DNA of 63,311 nucleotides, filler included, from Reticulomyxa filosa (lineage: Eukaryota > Protista > Foraminifera): the NCBI GenBank assembly GCA_000512085.1. It is 16 parts of 16 records of this genome, joined end to end, with 100 filler letters (N's around TTAATTAATTAA, not from the genome) between each part and the next. Parts side by side here need not be neighbours in the genome. Positions count along the whole stretch, not along the records: positions 1 to 5,545 come from ASPP01027647.1; positions 5,646 to 7,744 come from ASPP01001671.1; positions 7,845 to 11,472 come from ASPP01025454.1; 13 more parts are not named here. One strand, written 5' to 3'. The notes beneath the pieces were generated by a model. The model had not been told where the DNA came from. It saw nothing but the letters and a program-made list of their open reading frames with translations, and did not search any database. A program made the translations under genes and the position numbers. Numbering within the stretch: position 1 is the first letter of the stretch; every line of letters begins with the position of its first letter. Positions 1-10,900 of this stretch are shown one piece after another.

Positions 1-33
<33 letters not shown>

Positions 34-61
34 GGCTGAAATAAAAAAAGGAAGTGTTGCA

Positions 62-1143
62 ATGTCCAAAGTATTAGAAAAAGGACATGAATCAATTCGA
101 ACATTGGCAATAACAAAAATGATGCCCAATTATCGAATGAAAGAATATCCTTCATTTCCAAATCTATTTCATTTACAACTGCATGATTTATCATTTTCCA
201 AGAAGGTTGAATGGACTTCACCAACTAAAATGCCACGTTTACAATATATTAGTATTATGGACTTATCTTTTGTTCCTGCTGATGACTATGAGTCAGTATT
301 TGACAATATTGAGAAATATAATATATCTGATCGATCTCTTGAACAAACATCAGTAAATACAAATGATAGATTTATTGCAGGAAATGAAGAAATTCAATTT
401 ATTAATGCACTTTTACAATTATGTCCAAATCTATTGGCATTCTTTTTTACCAGCGAAAAAAAATCGAATGATTCAGATAATTCATTGCCCACTGGTGGTG
501 TTGAAGATAATGATATTAATCATGATGAAATAGCATTGCAAATTCCATCAGCTGTACAATGGCTACTATTACAGAATATTCCCGTTCGTAAACTTGTTAA
601 TTTGAGCCAATGTAAAAAATTGAGTGGTATTGATTCATACAGTTATTTAGTGTTAATGTTTTTAATTTTATTTTAGACAGATATTTCAATAAACTGAACT
701 AACACAAAACACATGTCAAAGATGTTTGGCCGTCATCCATAATATGGCCGACTGAAAGACAATCAATTAGTTGTTTAATGGTTGATAGATCAAAAAATTA
801 TGAAATGCGTCTTAATGATGTATGGGACATATTTTTCTCTGATGAAAAAAATTGGCACGTTCAATTATACTTGAAAAAAAATATAAATATGTTATATGAT
901 TTCAGCGATAAGTACTCTTTCATTCCAAGAGATAATAACTCCAGCTGGCAAATTGGTCAGCGTTCAGGGATATATGTCGAAGATGCTATCAATTTGTGGT
1001 TTCCAGATACATTTACAAATGGGATTACATGGGAAAAAGATAAACCACTTTTTCGAAAAATTGTAGATATGAACAAAGTACAAGAATATCAAAATTGGTT
1101 TGAAAATGATCGTGGTGAATGGATTAAGCTCTTTGGCTATTGA
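62..1143 (+). CDS. Hypothetical protein with LRR-like segments; probable intron near 627-680 and a frame disruption near 690-710
   Basis: ORFs 62-676 and 778-1143; FPNLFHLQL, MPRLQYISI and LCPNLLAF resemble LRR units. Confidence 0.4.
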
Positions 1144-1969
1144 TTGACTATCGTTACTTGAACAATATTCAAATCAACCTTGAAAATTCCAAATAAGACT
1201 TGATTTTATTAATTTCTTTGAAGGCTAATGTATTCTTTTACTTTTTTATTAATTTGCAAAAATTGTTATATCCACGTTCAGAGTTTTTTCAGACAAAACA
1301 GCTCATTGAAATTGTTGTGTTCTTCGAATCTGAAGTAGAAATAGAATATTTTAAAATAGCTAAACTGTTTCTTTTTTGTACAGCAATAAATAAACAATTT
1401 GCAGCGGAAAAAATGCATAACGTCTTAACAAAATAGTGAAGCCTACTATTCTGCTTTTACTTTTTGTGGCGTTTTTTACCATTTATTGAATATTGCTTAT
1501 TTTCAAAATAATTGATACATATATCATAAAACGAAAGTAATTTTGTGTCTGTGGTCACTATCATGCTTGTTTGATTCCACTGTTACTCAAATTTGCAAAT
1601 AAATTAACTCGGAGTTGTAAGATTAAAGATATAAGAGACAAATTTTGAAATGTTCTTAATCCGTTTAATATAATTACAAGATTTTATTGAAATATTATGT
1701 AATCTTAAAATTTTAAGTTTTGAAAAATTTTTACTGCTTTTGTGCATTTTATTTTTTATTGTTAGCTTCTTCTTTTGTATTTGCAGCTTTTATTGAAGTT
1801 ATTGTTTATGTTCTTTTTTTTTTCTAAAATGATCATAATATATAATAATCATTTTATTAAAAATGGTGATATATCTTCTCTTAATCAAATAATTTTTTTA
1901 TTTTTAAGAGAAGACGTATTTAACAAGAATACTTACAAATAAATTTTATTTGCAAGTGAAGACAAAATA

Positions 1970-2647
1970 TCAAAATATTCCGCCACGTTGCTTCACAAGC
2001 AATGTTTGTTCATCTTTCAAACCCCTTATGCTCTTCCAAATACTATCTTCCATTGATAAACCACTTTGAATACCAACTCTCCAAACACATTTCACAACAC
2101 TGGCCTCAGTTACATCAACAATTTTACCATTATCACTACCCCATAATCGGATAGTTTTACCACGAGAGCATGATACTAGTTTTGAACCGTCAGGTAATAA
2201 ATGAATGCAATCAATACTCCCATTATGTCCTTCTAATACTTGAATTTGTTTTCCTAAAGACACATCCCATATTCGAATAGTTTTGTCATCTGAATATGAC
2301 ATGATTTTAGAACCATCAGATGAAAATATTATTTTTCGTATATTTTTGGAATAATCTTTTAATATTTGGATTTGTTTTCCAGTTAATGCATCCCATAATC
2401 GAATTGTCTTATCACTTGAGCCAGACGCAATTGTAGTACCATCTGGAGAAAATTGCACTTCATTTATATTATCTTCATGTCCTTCTAATAAAAAAAGCTG
2501 CTTTCCAGATGATATGTCCCATACTGGAATTTTCTTATCATTAAAATATGATATCAATTTAGAGCCATCTGGTGAAAATTGTATCGTATCTATAGAACGT
2601 ATGTGTCCTTCAAATGTCTGAATTTGTTCACCAGATAATGCATCCCA
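1970..2647 (-). pseudogene. WD40-repeat C-terminal region with STAND/NACHT-WD40-like terminal tail
   Basis: Repeats such as LEGH..FSPDG..SGSSDKTIRLWD; the frame extends upstream to WDALSGEQIQTFEGH; ends GLSMEDSIWKSIRGLKDEQTLLVKQRGG. Confidence 0.85.
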
Positions 2648-3015
2648 TGTGCATGTTCATAAAATAGGTGGCCTAATTTTGGATTGCTAAATACAGTATA
2701 CCCTTCCAATGTCGTAAATTGTTTCAATGTTGCTTGAATCTCTACATATATATTGTGCTTTGGTATATATAATTTAATATTATGAATTCGATAATGTGTT
2801 TCCGATTGTCTTCCAAAAAAATCTTTATCTTTAGAAACAGTCAAATTAAATTTATCTGCCTTTTTTATCACTTCCACTGCCGTACGTAATTTGGTTTCAT
2901 TATCACATAAAATGGTAAATCTCCCAACATCAAATGCTCGATTAAAGTTTCCATCGTAATCATGTTTAATTTTTTCGGATAATCGTTTTATATCTTTCAC
3001 TTGTGGTGGCATTGA
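2645..3015 (-). pseudogene. RelA/SpoT-like nucleotidyltransferase (alarmone synthetase-like) domain fragment, joined out of frame to the WD40 region
   Basis: Ordered motifs VKDIKRLSEKIKHDY, FDVGRFTI, HYRIHNIKL, VEIQATL, GHLFYE resemble RSH synthetase motifs. Confidence 0.65.
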
Positions 3016-3190
3016 ATTGTCATCTTTTAATTATGGTATACATTTATGTTCTGAATCTGCTGATGGTACTATCCGTTTATAGGATGTTGAAACATACAAA
3101 CCATTGCACGTTTTCAATGGACACAAATTATGTTTATGCTGTTGAAAATTTACCATTTAGTAATCCAAATGTAATATGTTCTGATAATAT
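3003..3190 (+). pseudogene. Degenerate WD40 fragment, inverted relative to its neighbours
   Basis: Reads GIELSSFNYGIHLCSESADGTIRL*DVETYKPLHVFNGH and later SNPNVICS; similar to 28153-29370. Confidence 0.75.
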
Positions 3191-3279
3191 GTTTTTAAAT
3201 TTTTTTTCATACAAAGTGCAAATTAAGTCAAATAAGTCCAATATCATTTATTTTCTTTCATCAAACTTTTCAAAAAACA

Positions 3280-3430
3280 CCTTCGTCCTCAAATATGGGA
3301 CCTTTGCTTGAGCCATAACACAAGTTTGAATTATAGGTATCATTCTTTGTTTTGTCGTTTCAATTTTCTATAAACGAACAGTACAGTCACATGATCCAGA
3401 ACACAAATATCTATCACCACTGGCCCGTAT
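3280..3430 (-). pseudogene. Degenerate WD40 fragments
   Basis: GDRYLCSGSCDCTVRL* followed by family C-terminal motif NLCYGSSKGPI. Confidence 0.7.
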
Positions 3431-4137
3431 GATATTGTATTTGTAGCAAAGAAAATAGCACGCAGTTTTTTGTTTATATTTTTCGATTTTTTTGTTCGAT
3501 TAGTGCCACTGATTTTGAACTCACTAGCAAATCAAAAAAAATATTTCATTTTTTTATTTATGTCAAGTAAACAGTGTTTACAGTTAAATGAGCTGGTTTT
3601 TAATACAAAATGAATAATTGATTTATATAACTTTTTGATCAAATTCACTTGATCATCCTTTGTATGATAGTGAAAGACAATTGAAAACGGGCTTCGCTGA
3701 CTAGTGCTCATGTCTCTCAGCAATCATCTTTACCTCTGCCAACGGAAACGGCCATTGGTATACTTATTATGAGTGGATCCATCCGTCAAAATGTATTTTG
3801 TGTGTTGCACTGGTAAAGATGACACGAATTTCATTTTTCAAGCGTTTTTTCTTTCTTTGTGACCAGTCCCTTCTCTCTAGCGATATCTTCATTTTTGTAA
3901 TGAGGAACGTCAAGCACGAATTTGAAAGAGTGTTGTTATCAAACACTTAGCCGGATATGAACGAATATTGTTAGTAGTTGGTTCTTTTTAGTTTAAAGGG
4001 ATCGAACAAAGAGGGGGTAGAGGAACGAAACTGACAGAAAGGACAGAAACTCTCCTAAATATGAAAAACCCTTTTAAAAAAAAAATCATTTGTGATTAGA
4101 TTGGAGGTAAAAAGTGATATAGGGATCCCAACAATAA

Positions 4138-5365
4138 ATGTCGTGGCTACCGTCAGTGGTAAAGTATTACGAAGATGAGTCAAAAACAAGAAAGTTGCTA
4201 TTAACAGGAGGACTGTTGGGAGTGGCGGTTGGGTTTGGAGCACATGTGATGTTGATGCGTTTGGAAAAAAAGAAGAAAAAAAAAGAAGAGCAGAAGCAAA
4301 GAGAGCCAGCACTAGAGATAAGGATCCAAGCGTTGGACGAAGTGAGGGACCAATCTCCCAAAAAAGTTAAGGATTTGGAAGAAGAAGTCCGTCGATTGAG
4401 GCTTGAAATTTCCAAACTAAGTAAGTCTATCATTTTTTTTTTTTTTTTTTTAAATTGAAAGAAAGAAAAAAAAAAAAAGAAAATTGATAAAGAGGGGTGC
4501 ATTAAAAAAAAAAAAAAAAAAGAAAAAAAGGAACAAGAAGCAATAGTAGCCAAAGTGGTTGAAGATATGATGACAGAAAATGGACTGCATTATCCACGTA
4601 TTAAGCCGAATGTCCACACAAACGCCGAAATCTTGAATGGTTTTTCTAAAGTTCTTTTTTTTTTTTTTTAAATAATAGAAAGTAAAAATAAATTGACTTT
4701 AAAAAAAAAAAAAAAAGTTTTGTTTTTTTTTTTTTTTATTCTTTTTGAAATGAATGTTTCAGGAACGCTTTGGGAAAATTGAAGAATCGATAGCCAACTC
4801 TCCGGATCACATTAGCAACCGCACAAGCAGCGTGAAAGAAAATCTCGCACTACAAACCAACAAAACGACAAGCAAACAGCCGATGGAGGACTCACCCGTC
4901 GAAGATGAAAAAGGAAGTGATAATGAGGCCCTTGACAATGTATGTGTATAATACACATATGCATATATGTACATACACATGTATATGTATATATTTATTT
5001 ATATATATATATATATATAAATATAACATATGTGTATATGCACATATTTGTATACATATCAAATTTTTTTTTTTTTTAAAAAAAAAAAAGGAGCTTTTGT
5101 TAAGCAAGGACTCTCGCACTCGATTGATAATAGTGTCGTATCGTTTGCCCTTGCAACTGAAAAAAACGGACAAAGGGTGGGAGGTGCAGTGGAACGACGC
5201 GAGGGACTTGCTGGCCAACATGCGACTGCTGCACAAAAAATACGCAGTCCATTTTGTTGGCTGGCCAGGAATAGATGTCAAGCAAGAGGAGCAGGAAGAG
5301 TTGGAAGAAGCGTTGCAAAGCTTGGAATTTCCATGTCACCCTGTCCTTTTGGAGCCTACCACAAG
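4138..5365 (+). CDS. Trehalose-6-phosphate synthase (GT20) family protein, 5' part; exons about 4138-4420, 4523-4650, 4763-4939, 5091-5365; truncated by contig end
   Basis: RLIIVSYRLP and HFVGWPGI are TPS N-terminal motifs; GT-AG introns preserve the frame. Confidence 0.8.
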
Positions 5366-5494
5366 GTTTGTAGATCAATGTACATATACATATATGTATA
5401 CATATAATATGAATTTTTTTTAAAGACACGTTTGAAAATCAAACGACCCTTTTGCCAATTGAATCTGTGCAATTGATTTAATTATTATTATTAT

Positions 5495-5530
<36 letters not shown>

Positions 5531-5545
5531 GTAAAAACGGAATTT

Positions 5546-5645
5546 NNNNNNNNNNNNNNNNNNNNNNNNNNNNNNNNNNNNNNNNNNNNTTAATTAATTA
5601 ANNNNNNNNNNNNNNNNNNNNNNNNNNNNNNNNNNNNNNNNNNNN
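5546..5645. other. Artificial contig linker, first of 15 (others: 7745-7844, 11473-11572, 19559-19658, 23059-23158, 25279-25378, 26444-26543, 27965-28064, 34329-34428, 35609-35708, 44751-44850, 46452-46551, 59455-59554, 61042-61141, 62212-62311)
   Basis: Identical 100-bp N44-TTAATTAATTAA-N44 blocks; the core has stops in all six frames. Confidence 0.98.
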
Positions 5646-6743
5646 GATGATATGTTGAAAGTTATCCAAGATTTGGGATTGGAGTCATGTCGCTATGTGT
5701 ACATGCACAACTCCCACTATCAATCCAGTTTTGATCTGTCTACAGATTCTATCAGTGGCAAAATCTTTTTCGACAATTCCAGAAAAGCAATCCGTCAACT
5801 GTTGACAGAATGTTCCAACTTTTTAGTTTCCTAACTTCTCTTTCTTTATTTGTGTGAATGTATTTGTTGTGCTTGACCTTGGTTTCCGTCTCGTTATACG
5901 TACATATGACGTATACGAACAAGGCCTATTGACTATATTGTTATATTTACTAATAGCAAATACAACAATAACAAAATTAAGCTTTTCCAAGGGGGTACTT
6001 TCAAAAACACGCACTTTCAAGAAAATCGAAAAAAATTGGTGCTTTTAAAGCTTCGGATTGAAAGAGAAAACAGAGTCTTAATGATCAATGCTTTGCAAAA
6101 TGAACTCGATCAATTGACCATTGAACAGCCTCAAAAACATCCATTGTTTGTCGACTTCTGGCAATTGAAGAACGCCAAAGACAACAAGGTTTCCTTCTTC
6201 AATGACACTCCTTCTCTTATATATGTATAATTTCTTTGTTTAAATTTTCTCGTTTACACATACGTATACATTTGGAATTTGGGACAGCTGAATATAATTT
6301 GCTTGGAATGTCCTCTCGATAAGAGGCCATGCTGCGTGGGTTGTAAGAAAAGGAAAACAGATAACATTGGAGAATGTGATATATTTTCTGTTCCACATAT
6401 ACCACCACTTTTGAGTGGAACGTCAGCCATCTTGGCACTAGGAAGAGTTGCAAAAGTGCCTGTTGAAAAGATACTATTACTCGGTGGAGTGGCTCTAGCA
6501 ACGTATTGCTATTTTGCAGAAAAATTTAAGTGCAAAAAACAATGCGGTCACTTGCCATCTCAACATGTATTAATTACTGAAATTCCACAAAAAACGCATC
6601 GAATCGATCTATTTACTCATTTGTCTTTCACTAAAGAGATTGGCCCCACTCGGCAGATCAAGTGTTTAATTCAAAAATATATTCTACGTTTGGAACAAGA
6701 AAAAAATTATTTGGATAAAAAGCTTAACTCCTTTTTTTTTTAA
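5646..6743 (+). CDS. Hypothetical multi-exon gene fragment with a Cys-rich C-terminal part
   Basis: Successive coding-like ORFs 5652-5834, 6036-6230 and 6279-6743; no family recognised. Confidence 0.3.
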
Positions 6744-7309
6744 GGATGGAGTCAGTTTAACGTATAACTAAGTGTACGTGTTGTAGTTGTCCGATTTTGT
6801 TACGTTCAATGTTCTAAGCTCTTATATTTTTAGTTAAATATTGCTCATAAGGATTGACTGAAATATCAGCCATAAAGCAACTTATGATGCATAAACTAAT
6901 TATTACTAGTGCACGATAAAAGTTACAAACCTCTTTGCTCGTTCTACTAAGACATAATGCAAATGCACTGCATTATATTTGACATCGGAGAGAATCTGCA
7001 CTTTAAATTCAAGTCAAAATCTAATTGATATTTGCAGTCTCATTCTTAAGCGCAACGAAAGAGTCAAGTGACAGCTGAGCGGTCACATTGAGTTTTTTTA
7101 AGTTTAGTTTCACGATTGTTCGAGATAATCCATTGTTTTGTCGTTTTTTCTCTTTTTTTTTTTTTAGGTGCTACCAAAACACCACATAACTTCAATATCC
7201 AAGCAAAACTAATATCAATAGAAAAAAAAGCTGAAAGAATGACAACGTTAGTAAGCTTTATTAGAATTCTGCTTGTCTTTAGATCTAATTGTATGCAAGC
7301 TGTTATTGA

Positions 7310-7744
7310 ATCAATCAGAAGAAGCCAAAACAATTGTCCGATATTGCATTCGAATATTACACGTAAAATTTGGATGGATCCAAGACTTGAACAAACTCAT
7401 TGTCGAATATGTTATGTTTTTTTTGTTTTTTTCATGTAATGGCAAATAATTATTTGTTGTTGTTATTTATCATCATACAGGCAATTAATTTCTTTATACT
7501 TGATACATTTCGCTCATTATCTAAATTATTCAAAATATTCACTGGACACACTGATTGTGTGTTTAGTATTGACTATTCAGTTTTCGACAATAGTACATTT
7601 ATTTATTCTGGATCGCATGATAAAACAATTCGTGTATGGGACGTAGAGACAAGTAAACAAATTAAATTATTCAATGGTCACTCATATTGGGCAAATACTG
7701 TGAAATTTTTCACCGTATCGTTATCATAACCATCATTAAAATGT
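7310..7744 (+). pseudogene. WD40 family gene 5' part, probably disrupted; truncated at contig end
   Basis: EEAKTIVRYCIRILHVKFGWIQDLNKLIVEY leader, intron, then FTGHTDCVFSIDYS..SGSHDKTIRVWDVET. Confidence 0.75.
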
Positions 7745-7844
7745 NNNNNNNNNNNNNNNNNNNNNNNNNNNNNNNNNNNNNNNNNNNNTTAATTAATTAA
7801 NNNNNNNNNNNNNNNNNNNNNNNNNNNNNNNNNNNNNNNNNNNN

Positions 7845-8245
7845 ACGTTGCATTGCTTGGTTGGCCTCCATTGCCCCATTTCGAGTCCGCGATTTTTATC
7901 GACAGCATCTGGAATCCTGGAGCCACTCCATTGCGGCTTGCGTCATCAGGAAAGTACCTTCCAATGATGCCTGTTTCATGAACGATAACAGAAACGAGAT
8001 TGCTTTTGTAATCAATATTCAATAAATAGACAAGCATGTCGTGTTTGCTGATAAAATCATATTCGTGTCTGACACAATAGTTGGTCATTGGCTTGCATGT
8101 GGACAAGTTGACGACCTCGTCGCCGTCGTTTCCGCTGTCATTGCTGTCGATACTGTTCACCACCTCTTGTTTGCTTTCTTCATTCAACTTGCTGTCCTCG
8201 CCCTTGCAGCATTCAAAGTACTCGCGAGCGCTGCTGGTTTCCGAA
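7845..8245 (-). pseudogene. Tripeptidyl-peptidase II (S8) internal fragment with the catalytic His motif partly deleted
   Basis: RNGVAPGFQMLSIKIADS matches TPPII NGVAPGAQ..KIGD; HGTHVAG is reduced to HETG. Confidence 0.7.
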
Positions 8246-9999
8246 TTAATATATATAAAGTGAATAATAATGTGATTTACTAATAATGATAATGATTATT
8301 GAAAATAATGCTGAATCCATGAATTTTAGGAGTTCAATTTCAAATTTTACCAAAAATATTTTTGCATGAAATTGATTTTATTTTACAAAAAAAAAGTTAG
8401 TTATTGAGTTTTTAAAAAAATATATAACATTAGTTGTTTGGCCGTATGGCAAGCTGTGAGTTTGAAAAAAACCTTAAAAATCCAATTATGAAAACATTTC
8501 AAAAAAATTTCTGCTCTAAAAATGAATGAATGAGTTTCATGTATTAATTTTTTTTAATTACATTTTTCCAAACGGATGGGGAGTAATGAACGTTAGTAGA
8601 AAAAATAAAAAAAATAAGTCAGAAGATGTGTTCCCATTTTCGAAGTAAAAATGACTCTTCCATCACTATAATATCTATTTTTTTTATTCTTTTTCTTTTT
8701 AATCTTCTTTTCTTAACGAATTAATTATGGTTGGTAACAATCATATAAATAATTTTGTTTATTTCGGCATTACTTATATGAATAATTGTTTGCTTGTAAT
8801 GAATATTCTTCTTCTAATTCTGTTTCCTTAATTCTTTTAATAATAATACAACATCAAAATAACTTGATGAATTTATTTCACTAAAATATATTTCTTGAAA
8901 TATTCAAATAAAATCACATAAATAACTTTACCTTGTCATTTCCTTTGGATCGAATTTTCCAAAAATTCTGATCCGAATGTCTCACGTTCAATCCTTCACC
9001 ATTTTCTTTCTTTAAAATAAAGAACGATTTATCATTAGGGTTATATTGTGTGTATTAATTTCACGACAAAAACATCAAGAAATATCTTTTCTTTATTTAA
9101 TTTTCCTTCATGTACTTTTCAATAATATAATGTTTTATGAAATTTTAAAAGTATCATGTCCCATTTATCATTATCCAATAATGATGGAACGTTTTTTCTT
9201 CCTTTATGTTTGAGGTTTTCTTTCAATCTAGAATGCTATTTTATATCGTTTACCTCAAACAATAGATATGCAACGGAAATGTCCAATTTATTGACTTTGA
9301 AAAAATTTATATCTTCTGGAAGAGATATTCTTTAAGTATGTTTTTTTATACATACTATTTGTGATAAGAAAGGAATACATTTCATTTCTGAAAAGAGATA
9401 ACACTTTTGTGAGAATAACATTTTTGTTAGAACAAAAATAAGAATAACATTTTTAGTGAATAAAAATAAGATAAAAACAAAAAACCTCACAGACTAAGAA
9501 ATTTGCATAAGAACGTTTCAAAAAAAATTTTTAAACCGTCGTTTTTTTGCCCTTTTCTTTCACGCACCCCTTTTAATTACTTTTTTTTTGTATCGATGAT
9601 GATAATGCAACACATCTCCCAACCCGTAATTTCGAATTTTAGGAGTTGTTTGCCGTTTTTTACTTCAAATTTTTTTTTGAAAAACGAGACCACCTTTTTT
9701 AAAAAAAAGACCAAAAGAACAAAAACACCTAACCATAATAAAAAAAATTTCATAGTATTTGTAAGCTATTATCTCGAATCCAAAACATTATGCAAAAAAG
9801 GTTTAATGCATTTGGATATTCTTATTTTGTTGGTGTGACAAACAAGTGTCTTGTACTGGAGAAGACCTATTTATGCAATTCATGAATCTAAAAAACAAAA
9901 ACTCAATTCTCCTTCTCCTCCTTTTTGGGAGCAGAATCGCAATTCTAATTTCCTCTATCTTGTTTTTGTTAATGAACATTGAAAAGGGTTTTGAACGTG

Positions 10000-10900
10000 A
10001 ATTTCAGCTAAAGTTTAACTAACGTCGCTAATTGAAGATATAAAAGAAGAAAAGAAAAGCTCGATCTTTTGTTATAACAAAGATTAGATTTCATTGACAA
10101 ATGAATTGGAGAAATTTGACATGTCATTTGTTGTATTTGTCATCAAGTTACAAACAATGTAATGGAATTTCGTTGTAAGGAACATGAAACTGAAGATCGA
10201 ATTTATTTGGTTGGAGAACAATGTCTACAGCATTATCTGGAGCAAAACAATAGAAAATACACAATTTAACAACATTATAATTGCGAACTTTCGCAACATA
10301 AAATGACAAGACAATTTATATCTGAATTATCGATAATTTGTACTAGACAATTTGATATATCATGAGTATTAGACAATACTTGTTATTTTAATGGAAAAAT
10401 AAAAGATTTAAAGGATTATTTAGATAAATTATGCAATTTGTCTCCAATTCAACAAAATATGCAATGTGAAAATATACAAAAATCAAAATATTGCAAGATA
10501 CAGTTAAAACATTGCAATTGCAATATGAATGAAAAATTACAAAAAGTTCATATTTATTTATTTATTTATTTTGTATTGTTTGAATAAATAATAAAAAAAA
10601 TCACAAAAGGAAAAATTACTAAAAGATTTATCTAAATTGATACAAATTATTTCTGAATTAAAAACATATCAATCAATACAACATCAAAAATTGTAAAGCA
10701 AATTGAATGGAATGTCATTTATGAATAATGCAAAACTTGAAAATTTAAAAGATACTTTAAAAAATTGTATTGAAAAAAATACAAAATTATCATCGATTTA
10801 TTCATTTATGTCATCAGTTATGCATAATGGATTTATATTCAATTGATTATTTAATAATTGGAGATAAACAACTTATATTTTCTGGTTCATCCGATAAGAT
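10000..10900 (+). pseudogene. Degenerate RING/TRAF-zinc-finger-coiled-coil-WD40 gene
   Basis: CHQVTNNVMEFRCKEHETEDRIYLVGEQCLQHYL parallels ORF 47743; later GKIKDLKDYLDK and YSIDYL..FSGSSDK; many stops and frameshifts. Confidence 0.7.

Noticed and set aside
4892-5429. ORFs rich in YIYI/CIC/FFFF/KKKK (also near 16050, 23490, 24000, 45270)
   Set aside because: Translations of intronic microsatellites and homopolymers
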